Origin: a virus
Length of the DNA: 64,000 nt
IMG/VR virus record: IMGVR_UViG_3300005529_000023
Span: 1 to 64,000 of that record
Direction: 5' to 3' (one strand)
Below the pieces are notes generated by a model, which was given only the letters and a program-made list of their open reading frames with translations, was not told the origin of the DNA and searched no databases. Below, piece after piece: positions 18,081 through 25,609 of this stretch. The stretch's first letter is position 1. Every line of letters starts with the position of its first letter. Made by a program: the position numbers and the translations under genes.

Positions 18081-18235
18081 TGTGGAAAAACAGAGAAAAT
18101 GCTAGCATGGCCTTCTTTTTCGTAGTCCTGATGATCTTGGCAATTCTGGCGATTTCAGAGTTGAAGAAAGCTAATCAGACCCTTGAGTACATTCAGATCA
18201 AACCCGTAGGTGACGTGCTGAATGGAAATCCTTAA
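18080..18235 (+). CDS. small membrane protein
   Basis: single TM segment; TAATG coupling. Confidence 0.5.
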   Translation: MWKNRENASMAFFFVVLMILAILAISELKKANQTLEYIQIKPVGDVLNGNP

Positions 18236-18713
18236 ATTCCCTCATCCATCGCTTTTTAAGTCCTGCACAGAAGTCACTGTGTTCGACCAAGAGTTGAAGA
18301 CTCTCTTAGATTCTATGTGGGAAACCATGAAAGCAAACAATGGAATGGGATTAGCTGCAAATCAAGTGGATTTGCCTTGGCACATGTTCGTGATGCAGGG
18401 TCCAGACGGAAAACGTATCAATTTAGTCAATCCATACATTCTTCATCGTTCTGTGGTTTCGGCTAACCTGAAAGAGGGTTGCCTTAGCGCTCCTGGCGAA
18501 ACCATTGTAGTACCTGAACGTGCCGAGTGGGTACAACTCGTTTACGATGACGAAAACGGCAAAGAGCATAAGACTACTTTCACTGGCATTCATTCAGTTT
18601 GCGTACAGCACGAGATGGAACATTTAGACGGCATGTCATTTATGGAAAATAGTTCCATACCGAAAGTAAAGAGGAAACAACTTGCGCGCAAGTGGGGTTT
18701 CAAACTAAAATAA
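18222..18713 (+). CDS. def: peptide deformylase
   Basis: GMGLAANQV, EGCLS, QHEMEHLDG. Confidence 0.95.
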   Translation: MEILKFPHPSLFKSCTEVTVFDQELKTLLDSMWETMKANNGMGLAANQVDLPWHMFVMQGPDGKRINLVNPYILHRSVVSANLKEGCLSAPGETIVVPERAEWVQLVYDDENGKEHKTTFTGIHSVCVQHEMEHLDGMSFMENSSIPKVKRKQLARKWGFKLK

Positions 18714-18716
18714 GGC

Positions 18717-18902
18717 ATGGCGATCAAAAGTGCGCTTTTTCGTTTGAAAAAGGTGCCTAAGAGTGTGTGGGTAGCTGCAGCCGTTCTTCCTGGCGGCCTG
18801 GTTGCAGTAAGCGCCTGGATCGCCATCAAAGAATGGTGGTCCCCGCCAGATTTCAAGAAAATTTTGAAAAAACTAGTGAGGGAAATGAATGATAAAAGCT
18901 GA
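18717..18902 (+). CDS. small membrane protein
   Basis: VLPGGLV hydrophobic segment. Confidence 0.55.
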   Translation: MAIKSALFRLKKVPKSVWVAAAVLPGGLVAVSAWIAIKEWWSPPDFKKILKKLVREMNDKS

Positions 18903-19731
18903 GATTGTCTGTGATTCGGTCGCCCCCTCTGGTGTTAGACTTACTACTTTCGTCCTTACTTACCCACGTTTCATTCATGCTGAATTCATGACTCATAGGA
19001 TGTTTTCCAGAAACGCTTCTAGCTCCAGGGCTATTCCCGTGAAGAAATCCATCCAGATGGTCAAAGACAACCCAGTTATCCCATTAGCTTTCACCAAAAA
19101 CCAAAAAGGTATGCAGGGCGGAGCAGCTTTGGATCAAGAGGATCATGATAAGGCCGTTAAAGCGTGGCTGGAAGGCCGTGACAGGGCCGTAGAGATCGCC
19201 GAACGTCTGGCAGACCTGGAAGTACATAAGCAGTACGCAAATCGCGTTCTAGAGCCTTGGGCTCACATTACGGTAGTTGTTACCGCGACCGACTGGGATA
19301 ACTTCTTTGCGCTTCGTTGCCATCCCGCTGCTCAGCCAGAAATCCATGCTCTGGCTGATTTGATGTATGAAGCATTTACGAATAGCGAACCAGACAGCTT
19401 ATCTCTTGGTCAGTGGCACTTGCCATTTGTGGGTAATATGGAAGCGCTGAGCGATGATGCTGCCGTGAAATGCTCTGTAGCCAGATGTGCGCGTGTTTCG
19501 TACTTGAATCACGAAGGGAAAGTTCCCTCTTTTTCAGAAGACATGCAACTTTACGAACGTTTACTTAGTTCCGCTCCACTTCATGCCTCGCCCGCAGAAC
19601 ATCAGGCTATGGCATCAATAGATCCAGAGACTCGATCGGGCAACTTTCGGGGCTGGGTTCAGTATCGCAAGACGCTTCCCAACGAAAACATAACTAAATA
19701 TGAAGCACAACCACTTCATCAATCTGGCTAA
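18889..19731 (+). CDS. thyX: FAD-dependent thymidylate synthase
   Basis: HAEFMTHRMFSRNASSSRAIP; HKQYANRVLEP; SVARCARVSY; HASPAEH. Confidence 0.93.
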   Translation: MIKAEIVCDSVAPSGVRLTTFVLTYPRFIHAEFMTHRMFSRNASSSRAIPVKKSIQMVKDNPVIPLAFTKNQKGMQGGAALDQEDHDKAVKAWLEGRDRAVEIAERLADLEVHKQYANRVLEPWAHITVVVTATDWDNFFALRCHPAAQPEIHALADLMYEAFTNSEPDSLSLGQWHLPFVGNMEALSDDAAVKCSVARCARVSYLNHEGKVPSFSEDMQLYERLLSSAPLHASPAEHQAMASIDPETRSGNFRGWVQYRKTLPNENITKYEAQPLHQSG

Positions 19732-20065
19732 GAAAGCTAGTGAAAAATCTGATCATCACAAGTACAAGATGGGTTGTGTGATCGCTAAGGGCAACAAAGT
19801 CTTGGGTATTGGTTTCAATACTAACAAGACACATCCGCGTAGCCCGCACACTTACAAGTCTATTCATGCAGAATTCATGGCGTGGATGAATGCCGGATAT
19901 AGCGACATTGCTGGAGCTACCGCATACGTGTTTAGGCAACAGAAAGACGGGACGCTTGCCATGGCCAAGCCTTGCGAGTGCTGCTGGCAGTTTTTGGTTG
20001 AATCTGGTGTGAGTGAAGTAGTCTATAGTTTCGAAGGCACATACAAGAAAGAGAGTCTAGAGTAA
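19700..20065 (+). CDS. Zn-dependent cytidine/dCMP deaminase-fold protein
   Basis: HAE and PCECC motifs; GFN..KTHP. Confidence 0.85.
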   Translation: MKHNHFINLAKKASEKSDHHKYKMGCVIAKGNKVLGIGFNTNKTHPRSPHTYKSIHAEFMAWMNAGYSDIAGATAYVFRQQKDGTLAMAKPCECCWQFLVESGVSEVVYSFEGTYKKESLE

Positions 20066-21132
20066 TGCAGGAAATGTTTACATTTGACGATGTCCTAATT
20101 GTCCCTCAGTTTGTTGATCAGTACGGATTCAGCAGAAAGGACGTGGATCTATCGGCTAAGCTTCTAGAATTGACAATGAGACTTCCGATCATTAGTGCGA
20201 ATATGGATACTGTAACCGGGCCAGAAATGGCGCGAGCAATGCTCAATCAAGGAGCACAGGCGTGTCTGCATAGATTTTGTTCTATCGAAGAGAACGTTAA
20301 GGACTTTGTACAAGCTTCCATCGGTGACGATTCGCCGATGGTTTCCATCGGTCTTGGAAAAGAAGAACTTGAAAGAGCAAAGGCTCTCTTTGATCATGGC
20401 GCGCACACGTTCATTATTGATGTGGCTCACGGCGCACAGCTGTCGGTTGTAAAACAGGCGGTCTATCTGCGAGAATTGTTTGGATCTGGCGCTTGTATCG
20501 TGGCTGGTAACTTTGCGGGCATAGACAGCGTTAAGACGTTTCGAGAAAAAGCCGGCAAGGCCGTAGATGCCTACAAGGTGGGAATCGGTCCTGGTAGTGC
20601 CTGCACTACCCGTATGAAGACTGGCGTAGGGTATCCTCAGCTTTCTGCAATTCAGGAAATCAGCCAATGGCTTACTCCGAAGGGCATTCCTGTGATTGCT
20701 GACGGCGGAATGAAGACTCCTGGTGATATCGCCAAGGCCATCGGCGCAGGTGCTTCAATGGTCATGCTTGGCGGAATGTTGGCAGGAACTTATGAGACTC
20801 CGGGTGAGACTGTTCAGCAGGACGGAAAGCCTTGCCAGTCTGTCAGTTTCGAAACCATCTCGAAAGTCTACAAAAAGTACAAAGGATCGGCCTCAAAGGA
20901 ATCTTATGAAGAGCAGGGCAAGAGTGCTTCTTGGCGTACTGCAGAAGGTGAATCCTTTTTGGTTCCTTATAAGGGGCCTGTTGAAGATGTTCTCCAGGAT
21001 ATTGAAGGTGGGCTTAGGTCTGCGTTTGCTTACGTAGGCGCACAAAATCTTCAACAATTTCAATGGAGATGTCGCTTTGTAAGGATTACTCCTTCTACCG
21101 TCGTCGAGAATGGTGCCCACGGGAAGAAGTAA
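20065..21132 (+). CDS. guaB: IMP dehydrogenase / GMP reductase family (no CBS domains)
   Basis: TFDDVLIVP, SANMDTVT, DVAHG, KVGIGPGSACTTR, IADGG, MLGGMLAG; GuaB vs GuaC not resolved. Confidence 0.85.
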   Translation: MQEMFTFDDVLIVPQFVDQYGFSRKDVDLSAKLLELTMRLPIISANMDTVTGPEMARAMLNQGAQACLHRFCSIEENVKDFVQASIGDDSPMVSIGLGKEELERAKALFDHGAHTFIIDVAHGAQLSVVKQAVYLRELFGSGACIVAGNFAGIDSVKTFREKAGKAVDAYKVGIGPGSACTTRMKTGVGYPQLSAIQEISQWLTPKGIPVIADGGMKTPGDIAKAIGAGASMVMLGGMLAGTYETPGETVQQDGKPCQSVSFETISKVYKKYKGSASKESYEEQGKSASWRTAEGESFLVPYKGPVEDVLQDIEGGLRSAFAYVGAQNLQQFQWRCRFVRITPSTVVENGAHGKK

Positions 21133-21386
21133 TGAGAGAAGACCTGGCCAGATACGACAAAGACCTTAAAAAGACAGTTCAAAAGACTTTTTTGAGAAGA
21201 AACGAGAAGGACAGGAGAAGAATACTCGATATTGCTGATCCCTTCAAAGTTCCCTGCATTGTAATAGTCTACTGGTGCGGTGAAGTATCTGGTTGGCCAG
21301 ATTACCTGAAAAAATCTCTCGATGTGCTGGTAGAGTTTTACGGATATAAAGAAATAGCTAACAAACCCGAAGGATGTCCCTGGTGA
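21132..21386 (+). CDS. hypothetical protein
   Basis: TAATG coupling to guaB. Confidence 0.55.
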   Translation: MREDLARYDKDLKKTVQKTFLRRNEKDRRRILDIADPFKVPCIVIVYWCGEVSGWPDYLKKSLDVLVEFYGYKEIANKPEGCPW

Positions 21387-21389
21387 TTT

Positions 21390-21824
21390 ATGAAAGTTTT
21401 GTTTCTCGATTTTGACGGTGTTTTGAACCTATATCCGCAAATCAGTCGTGGCATTGATTTCTACAAGCCTGCTTGTGTAAATTTAGAACTCCTACTTAAG
21501 AAAGTTCCCGATCTCAAGATTGTGGTTTCTAGCGCTTGGCGAATGCATGGTTTGCAATATGTCAAGAACGTACTTCAGCACAACGGAATTGATCCAAGAC
21601 GTGTCATTGATATCACTGGCGAAGAAAAGATCGGCGGACAACCTCACAGAGGACACCAGATTCAGTGCTGGCTGGTCGCGCACCCTGGAGTTACGAAGTT
21701 CGCAATTTTAGACGATTTCTCTGATATGGAACCCTATATGAATAAGCTGGTCAAAACGAGTAGTTATATCGGATTGACACAGGCTAACGTCGAGAAAGTA
21801 CTAGAGATTTTGGACGAAAAATAA
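21390..21824 (+). CDS. second HAD_SAK-type phosphatase
   Basis: KVLFLDFDGVLN; IVVSSAWR; RGHQIQCWL; FAILDD; GLT. Confidence 0.85.
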   Translation: MKVLFLDFDGVLNLYPQISRGIDFYKPACVNLELLLKKVPDLKIVVSSAWRMHGLQYVKNVLQHNGIDPRRVIDITGEEKIGGQPHRGHQIQCWLVAHPGVTKFAILDDFSDMEPYMNKLVKTSSYIGLTQANVEKVLEILDEK

Positions 21825-21828
21825 GTGC

Positions 21829-21857
21829 TTGCGTTCCTGAGTGTTCTAGTTTACTCT
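21829..21857 (+). promoter_or_regulatory. sigma70-type promoter
   Basis: TTGCGT-17-TACTCT. Confidence 0.55.
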
Positions 21858-21883
21858 GAAATAAGGAAATAGGAGAAATTAGA

Positions 21884-22054
21884 ATGGATCACAGTTTAGC
21901 ATTCACTGCTGGTTGGAACAGTAGCCTCTTAGCGTTTTTCTTTTTGATGGGTGTAGTTCGAAATTACATCGAAAAGAGACCGCTTTGGGCGGTCGTGAGC
22001 GCTGCAGCCGTTTACTTTACGGTCTGTGATGCAGTCAAATTTTTCAACCTGTAA
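21884..22054 (+). CDS. small two-TM membrane protein
   Basis: not in track; AGGAG RBS. Confidence 0.55.
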   Translation: MDHSLAFTAGWNSSLLAFFFLMGVVRNYIEKRPLWAVVSAAAVYFTVCDAVKFFNL

Positions 22055-22065
22055 ATGGAGAAACT

Positions 22066-22401
22066 ATGAAATTGACTAAAAAAGTGGAATTGGGTGTTAA
22101 GGCAGTTGATGCGCTCAAGAGCAAGGGTGGACCTGCTAGGGTACAGGATCTTGCTGTGGAGATCGGAACTACGGTGAATTTCTTGGAGCAGATCATGAGA
22201 CTGCTTCGTAAGAACAACATCGTCAGCGTGAAACGCGGTCCTGGCGGAGGTTACTTCCTTCTCTCGGGCAGCTCTGTCACGGCTCTACAAGTTGCAGAGG
22301 CTCTTGGCGGAAACTTCGGGACGTTCACTCTCGATGCAACCACTCCAACCAATCGCTTGAATAAGGCTATTGTAGAGGCTTTTCAGAACACCACTATCTA
22401 A
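22066..22401 (+). CDS. Rrf2-family winged-helix regulator (Cys-free)
   Basis: FLEQIMRLLRKNNIVSVKRGPGGGY; VTALQVAEAL. Confidence 0.88.
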   Translation: MKLTKKVELGVKAVDALKSKGGPARVQDLAVEIGTTVNFLEQIMRLLRKNNIVSVKRGPGGGYFLLSGSSVTALQVAEALGGNFGTFTLDATTPTNRLNKAIVEAFQNTTI

Positions 22402-22411
22402 TAGGTGCTTC

Positions 22412-22636
22412 ATGTCGGCTGAGAATTGCGGCGGCGTTTTGTCTCCCGAGATGATTGAGGAAGCCACAAAAGTGGCTGTTCAATCTCGTCCTCCGCTCCC
22501 AGTTTTGATTAGCGTAAAGGCTGATAAAATGCTTCAGAGGATCAAGCAAAAATTTCCTGATTGGGAACCTCAGTGTGAAGCTGAAGTCTGGATCAAAGCG
22601 TACAAGCTTGGCTTAATGGACGATGACGTGGGCTGA
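22412..22636 (+). CDS. hypothetical protein
   Basis: ORF track. Confidence 0.55.
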   Translation: MSAENCGGVLSPEMIEEATKVAVQSRPPLPVLISVKADKMLQRIKQKFPDWEPQCEAEVWIKAYKLGLMDDDVG

Positions 22637-22904
22637 TGTCAAAATCATAGACATAGGAACTCGCTTCGGCATGTTGGTAGTAGAAAAGCTCTGCTATGAG
22701 CGAAACGAGATGAAGTGGTACTGCAAATGTGATTGCGGAAATTTTACTCGTGTTACTGGTTCCGCTCTTAGAGCTGGAAATACAAGATCCTGTGGATGCC
22801 TAGCTGGAAGGCCCTACCCAAAAGGTTTGAGAGAAAGTAAGCCTAAGAAGGAAAGCGTGTGGAATAAAGAACAGCACGTATTCATGGTCAGGAGAGGCAA
22901 GTGA
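22623..22904 (+). CDS. stand-alone zinc module of the type found at the N-terminus of HNH/AP2 endonucleases
   Basis: IGTRFGMLVV; WYCKCDCGN; LRAGNTRSCGC; no nuclease domain follows. Confidence 0.75.
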   Translation: MTWADVKIIDIGTRFGMLVVEKLCYERNEMKWYCKCDCGNFTRVTGSALRAGNTRSCGCLAGRPYPKGLRESKPKKESVWNKEQHVFMVRRGK

Positions 22905-23070
22905 GTCGGACCAAGAAGGGTAAGAAAGGCCCGGGATATGACTATTGGGGCAGACGACCCCTTGGCATGGCGATCATGGTACAAAAGGAAAGCGCGTAGG
23001 TATCAAGCGCGAGCGTGCCGTGAATAAGCGGGAATTAAGGAAGCTTCGGAAAGAAGCAGACGATGAATGA
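22901..23070 (+). pseudogene. small basic protein apparently split by a -1 frameshift
   Basis: GTG-start frame MSRTKKGKKGPGYDYWGRRP stops at 22999; -1 frame continues GDHGTKGKRVGIKRERAVNKRELRKLRKEADDE to a TGA overlapping the next ATG. Confidence 0.45.
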
Positions 23071-23507
23071 TTCGCAAACTAATTCACAAAATCAAGATGG
23101 TGCTTCATCCCCCAAAGTGTGGGGAAGTGTATAGTGGAGATTGCTTTGATTTTGTGGTCGGCAAGCCTGTAGAGAAGTTCCTTCATGGAATGACTGACAA
23201 ATATGGTAATTTTCTTTGGGAGTATGTTCCTGGTCGAGATAGCTATAGGTTCACTGTAATCAGCGTTCAGCCAGCTTACTATATTTGTGAAGCCGAACTT
23301 TTGGTATCATTCTGCCATGATATTAACAAGAAGAAGTGGTTGAAGAGAAGTCGAATGAGACGTATCCCAAAGATCATGTTTCATGACTTCATCTTGACCG
23401 AAAGGCTAGAAAAGAATGTCGCTCTCAATCGCCGAGGAGAGGTACCAGGAACTGGTAAGCAAGGAAAAGCGTCTACAGGAGATCCTAAGCGTTCATCCCG
23501 AACTTGA
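23067..23507 (+). CDS. hypothetical protein
   Basis: ORF track; 3' end overlaps next ORF by about 90 nt. Confidence 0.6.
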   Translation: MIRKLIHKIKMVLHPPKCGEVYSGDCFDFVVGKPVEKFLHGMTDKYGNFLWEYVPGRDSYRFTVISVQPAYYICEAELLVSFCHDINKKKWLKRSRMRRIPKIMFHDFILTERLEKNVALNRRGEVPGTGKQGKASTGDPKRSSRT

Positions 23508-23703
23508 ATCTGGTCAGAAACTCACTTCCACGGCAAGAAAATACAAGAAAGCGCTAGAAGAACTTCTCGATGAAGTTGTCAAAGTTACAACATGCGAGGA
23601 GTTTACGGCTATCTTCCAGGTCGCTTGGATGCATGGATTCAAGTATAACGGTCCCAATTTAGGTACAGTCTTAGAGAAGACAAAGAAATTATTGGGGAAG
23701 TAA
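23416..23703 (+). CDS. hypothetical coiled-coil protein
   Basis: ORF track. Confidence 0.6.
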   Translation: MSLSIAEERYQELVSKEKRLQEILSVHPELESGQKLTSTARKYKKALEELLDEVVKVTTCEEFTAIFQVAWMHGFKYNGPNLGTVLEKTKKLLGK

Positions 23704-23707
23704 TCTT
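23701..23707 (+). promoter_or_regulatory. putative phage late-promoter motif
   Basis: TAATCTT, 5 nt before G1 of the ncRNA. Confidence 0.5.
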
Positions 23708-23712
23708 TTATT

Positions 23713-23842
23713 GGGGTCGAGTAGACAGCCCGATTTTCTGCTGGTTCACACGGGAGAGTGATTAAATGGAACAGTCCAACCCACAGCCGGCCGTTTAAAG
23801 AAGATTGGAAACCAGAGGGGCAGCGCCTCTGCGACTCCACCA
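23713..23842 (+). ncRNA. 130-nt miniature tmRNA-like / tRNA-Ala-mimic RNA
   Basis: GGGGTCG pairs with CGACTCC (G3:U70), then A73 and encoded CCA; T-arm CAGAGG-GGCAGCG-CCTCTG; P2-like helix 23730-23738/23800-23808; no D-stem or anticodon arm; intergenic. Confidence 0.75.
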
Positions 23843-23865
23843 ATTTTACAAAGTGATAGCACAAG

Positions 23866-23903
23866 AGGTCGGGGAGAGGCAGTTTCCGTAGGCTCCCCGG
23901 CCT
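23866..23903 (+). repeat. GC-rich hairpin downstream of the ncRNA
   Basis: AGGTCGGGGAG / CTCCCCGGCCT 11-bp stem (one G:U); no U-tract. Confidence 0.65.
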
Positions 23904-23914
23904 AGAAAGAATGT

Positions 23915-24109
23915 ATGACTTTTGAAATCAACGAAAAACAAAAGAAGGCCATTGATAAGTGGCTACGATCGTTGCACAGAAGCAAGAAGCCCTACTACGG
24001 TAGAGACGTGCATTATATTTTTCAGAACACGGGAATAGGCGTAAGTTTGGATGTGAAGGACTTGAAGACTGGCAAAGTCAAAGACTTCACTGACTACGAT
24101 ACTTGGTAA
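23915..24109 (+). CDS. small hypothetical protein
   Basis: ORF track. Confidence 0.65.
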   Translation: MTFEINEKQKKAIDKWLRSLHRSKKPYYGRDVHYIFQNTGIGVSLDVKDLKTGKVKDFTDYDTW

Positions 24110-24258
24110 TGGCCAAACACAAGCGCAAGAAGAGCAAGCGATCGGTAAGATGTACGATGTGTACGACTCATCGCTGGTTGGGCAACCATAAAGAGCGTTT
24201 AAAGGCCAAAGATCGTGCTAAGAAGAAACAGGCAGAGAAAGAGATCAAGGATCATTAA
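24109..24258 (+). CDS. small very basic protein with CxxC..H (49 aa)
   Basis: not in track; MAKHKRKKSKRSVRCTMCTTHRW; TAATG coupling. Confidence 0.55.
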   Translation: MAKHKRKKSKRSVRCTMCTTHRWLGNHKERLKAKDRAKKKQAEKEIKDH

Positions 24259-24521
24259 CGATGAGGTTGATTGGTTTTATATACAATCGACATCGCATTA
24301 TCGTAGATGCCTACTTGGTGTAAATCGAAAGTCTTACTGCGATCCTTGCAGAGTTCAATAACTCCTGCCGTCTGCGCTTCATGGTCTTGTAGCGCACCTT
24401 TTATGTATTTCAACCTAGCTTCTGCGCAGCCAACCTCATAAGAAGTCCTCATAAGATCTTCCAATGTGGGTTGAGTTGCGCATCCAGGAAGAAGCAGTAA
24501 TAAGAGAACAGCCTTATTCAT
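24255..24521 (-). CDS. putative lipoprotein
   Basis: MNKAVLLLLLLPG-C lipobox. Confidence 0.65.
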   Translation of the reverse strand: MNKAVLLLLLLPGCATQPTLEDLMRTSYEVGCAEARLKYIKGALQDHEAQTAGVIELCKDRSKTFDLHQVGIYDNAMSIVYKTNQPHR

Positions 24522-24973
24522 TTTCCAGTGCTTCCGAATCCGCCAGCGCCGCGAGCAGTGTCGCCAAGCTCATCGACAACTTCGATGTCCGCTTGAACAA
24601 CGGGGCAAACAACACCTTGGGCGATTCTCTCACCCTTCTTGATGTCAATGGCCTTTGGATAGTAGCCATCGCAGTAACCTGGGAGATCCGTGTTTTGCAT
24701 GATGACACAAACTTCTCCACGATAGTCTGAATCGACGGTGCCGGGAGAGTTAGCGACGCGAAGAAGGGTCTTGAGACTTAGTCCTGAGCGGGGACGAACT
24801 TGAAGTTCATATCCAGGGCCAACGTCAACTGACAAGCCCGTTTTGACCAATTTGGTTTCACCCGGAAGAATCGTGGTATCTTCCAGAGCATGGAGGTCAA
24901 AGCCGCTAGCGCCTGGTGTTGCGTACTTCGGAACAACTGCATCTTCATGTAACTTCTTGATCTGAATTTTCAT
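24518..24973 (-). CDS. dut: trimeric dUTPase
   Basis: ASGFDL, RPRSGL, GTVDSDYRGE, GERIAQ, RGAGGFGSTG. Confidence 0.96.
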   Translation of the reverse strand: MKIQIKKLHEDAVVPKYATPGASGFDLHALEDTTILPGETKLVKTGLSVDVGPGYELQVRPRSGLSLKTLLRVANSPGTVDSDYRGEVCVIMQNTDLPGYCDGYYPKAIDIKKGERIAQGVVCPVVQADIEVVDELGDTARGAGGFGSTGK

Positions 24974-24984
24974 CTTATTTCCTC

Positions 24985-25257
24985 TCAGTGATTAAAGCGA
25001 TTATTTCGCAATTTTCGTCCGCCGTCAATTAACTTCATGTCGGGGAATTTTCGTGCTTTCTTGCAATTTTGACAGTAGTACAAAGCTATCTTTATCCTGC
25101 CGATCTTTTTGGTCAGTTGATGCCAACCTAACAGGCATCGCAATTTCTTCCAGTTTGCCTTTGGGATGTTGTCTTCATAGGCAATCAGCATCAATCCTAG
25201 AATAAGGCCAAAAAGTACTGTGACGCCCAAGAGCGTGCGGATCTGGTCCGGTTCCAT
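24985..25257 (-). CDS. membrane-anchored protein with C..GWH / CxxC motif
   Basis: N-terminal TM; RCLLGWH; YCQNC. Confidence 0.6.
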   Translation of the reverse strand: MEPDQIRTLLGVTVLFGLILGLMLIAYEDNIPKANWKKLRCLLGWHQLTKKIGRIKIALYYCQNCKKARKFPDMKLIDGGRKLRNNRFNH

Positions 25258-25270
25258 AGATATTCATATA

Positions 25271-25609
25271 TCAGGGAGCAAACTTCCTACACCAATGCGA
25301 GTGGCCTGGATGTCCAAGTTTGTCGGAGCCGCATTCACATTTGATGGCAGCCTCAAGGTCTTCGATGATTATGGAGATTGGGACGAACTTTATAGGGGCG
25401 CTGAAGAAAGTGGTGGGAGGAGCGCAATTGGCAACAAGAATCCAATAAGTATTGGGATCATCCCACATCCATTGATCGTAAGAGCCATTTCCGTTAGACG
25501 TGGTCCAAATCATTCCGGGTGCCGGTCTGCCAGTTATTTTGTTTCCGTCTGGATCGACGTATGAAAATGCGCCCGTCTTGTTGTCTGCAACGTGTCCTAA
25601 TCTCACCAT
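25271..25609 (-). CDS. hypothetical protein
   Basis: start chosen at the ATGGTGA overlap; C-terminal CECG..HSHWC. Confidence 0.55.
   Translation of the reverse strand: MVRLGHVADNKTGAFSYVDPDGNKITGRPAPGMIWTTSNGNGSYDQWMWDDPNTYWILVANCAPPTTFFSAPIKFVPISIIIEDLEAAIKCECGSDKLGHPGHSHWCRKFAP

Noticed and set aside
23713-23842. Canonical tRNA-Ala, intron-containing tRNA, or attP copy of a host ssrA 3' end
   Set aside because: No D-stem, anticodon arm or TTC T-loop; both 5' and 3' acceptor strands are present and complementary, unlike an att fragment; no integrase in the window
24514-24720. Track ORFs overlapping dut, and the many 60-230 aa antisense ORFs inside nrdJ, RNA ligase, guaB, TMP, baseplate and fibre genes
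   Set aside because: Fully nested in well-supported genes; no RBS or motifs; expected shadows of codon bias
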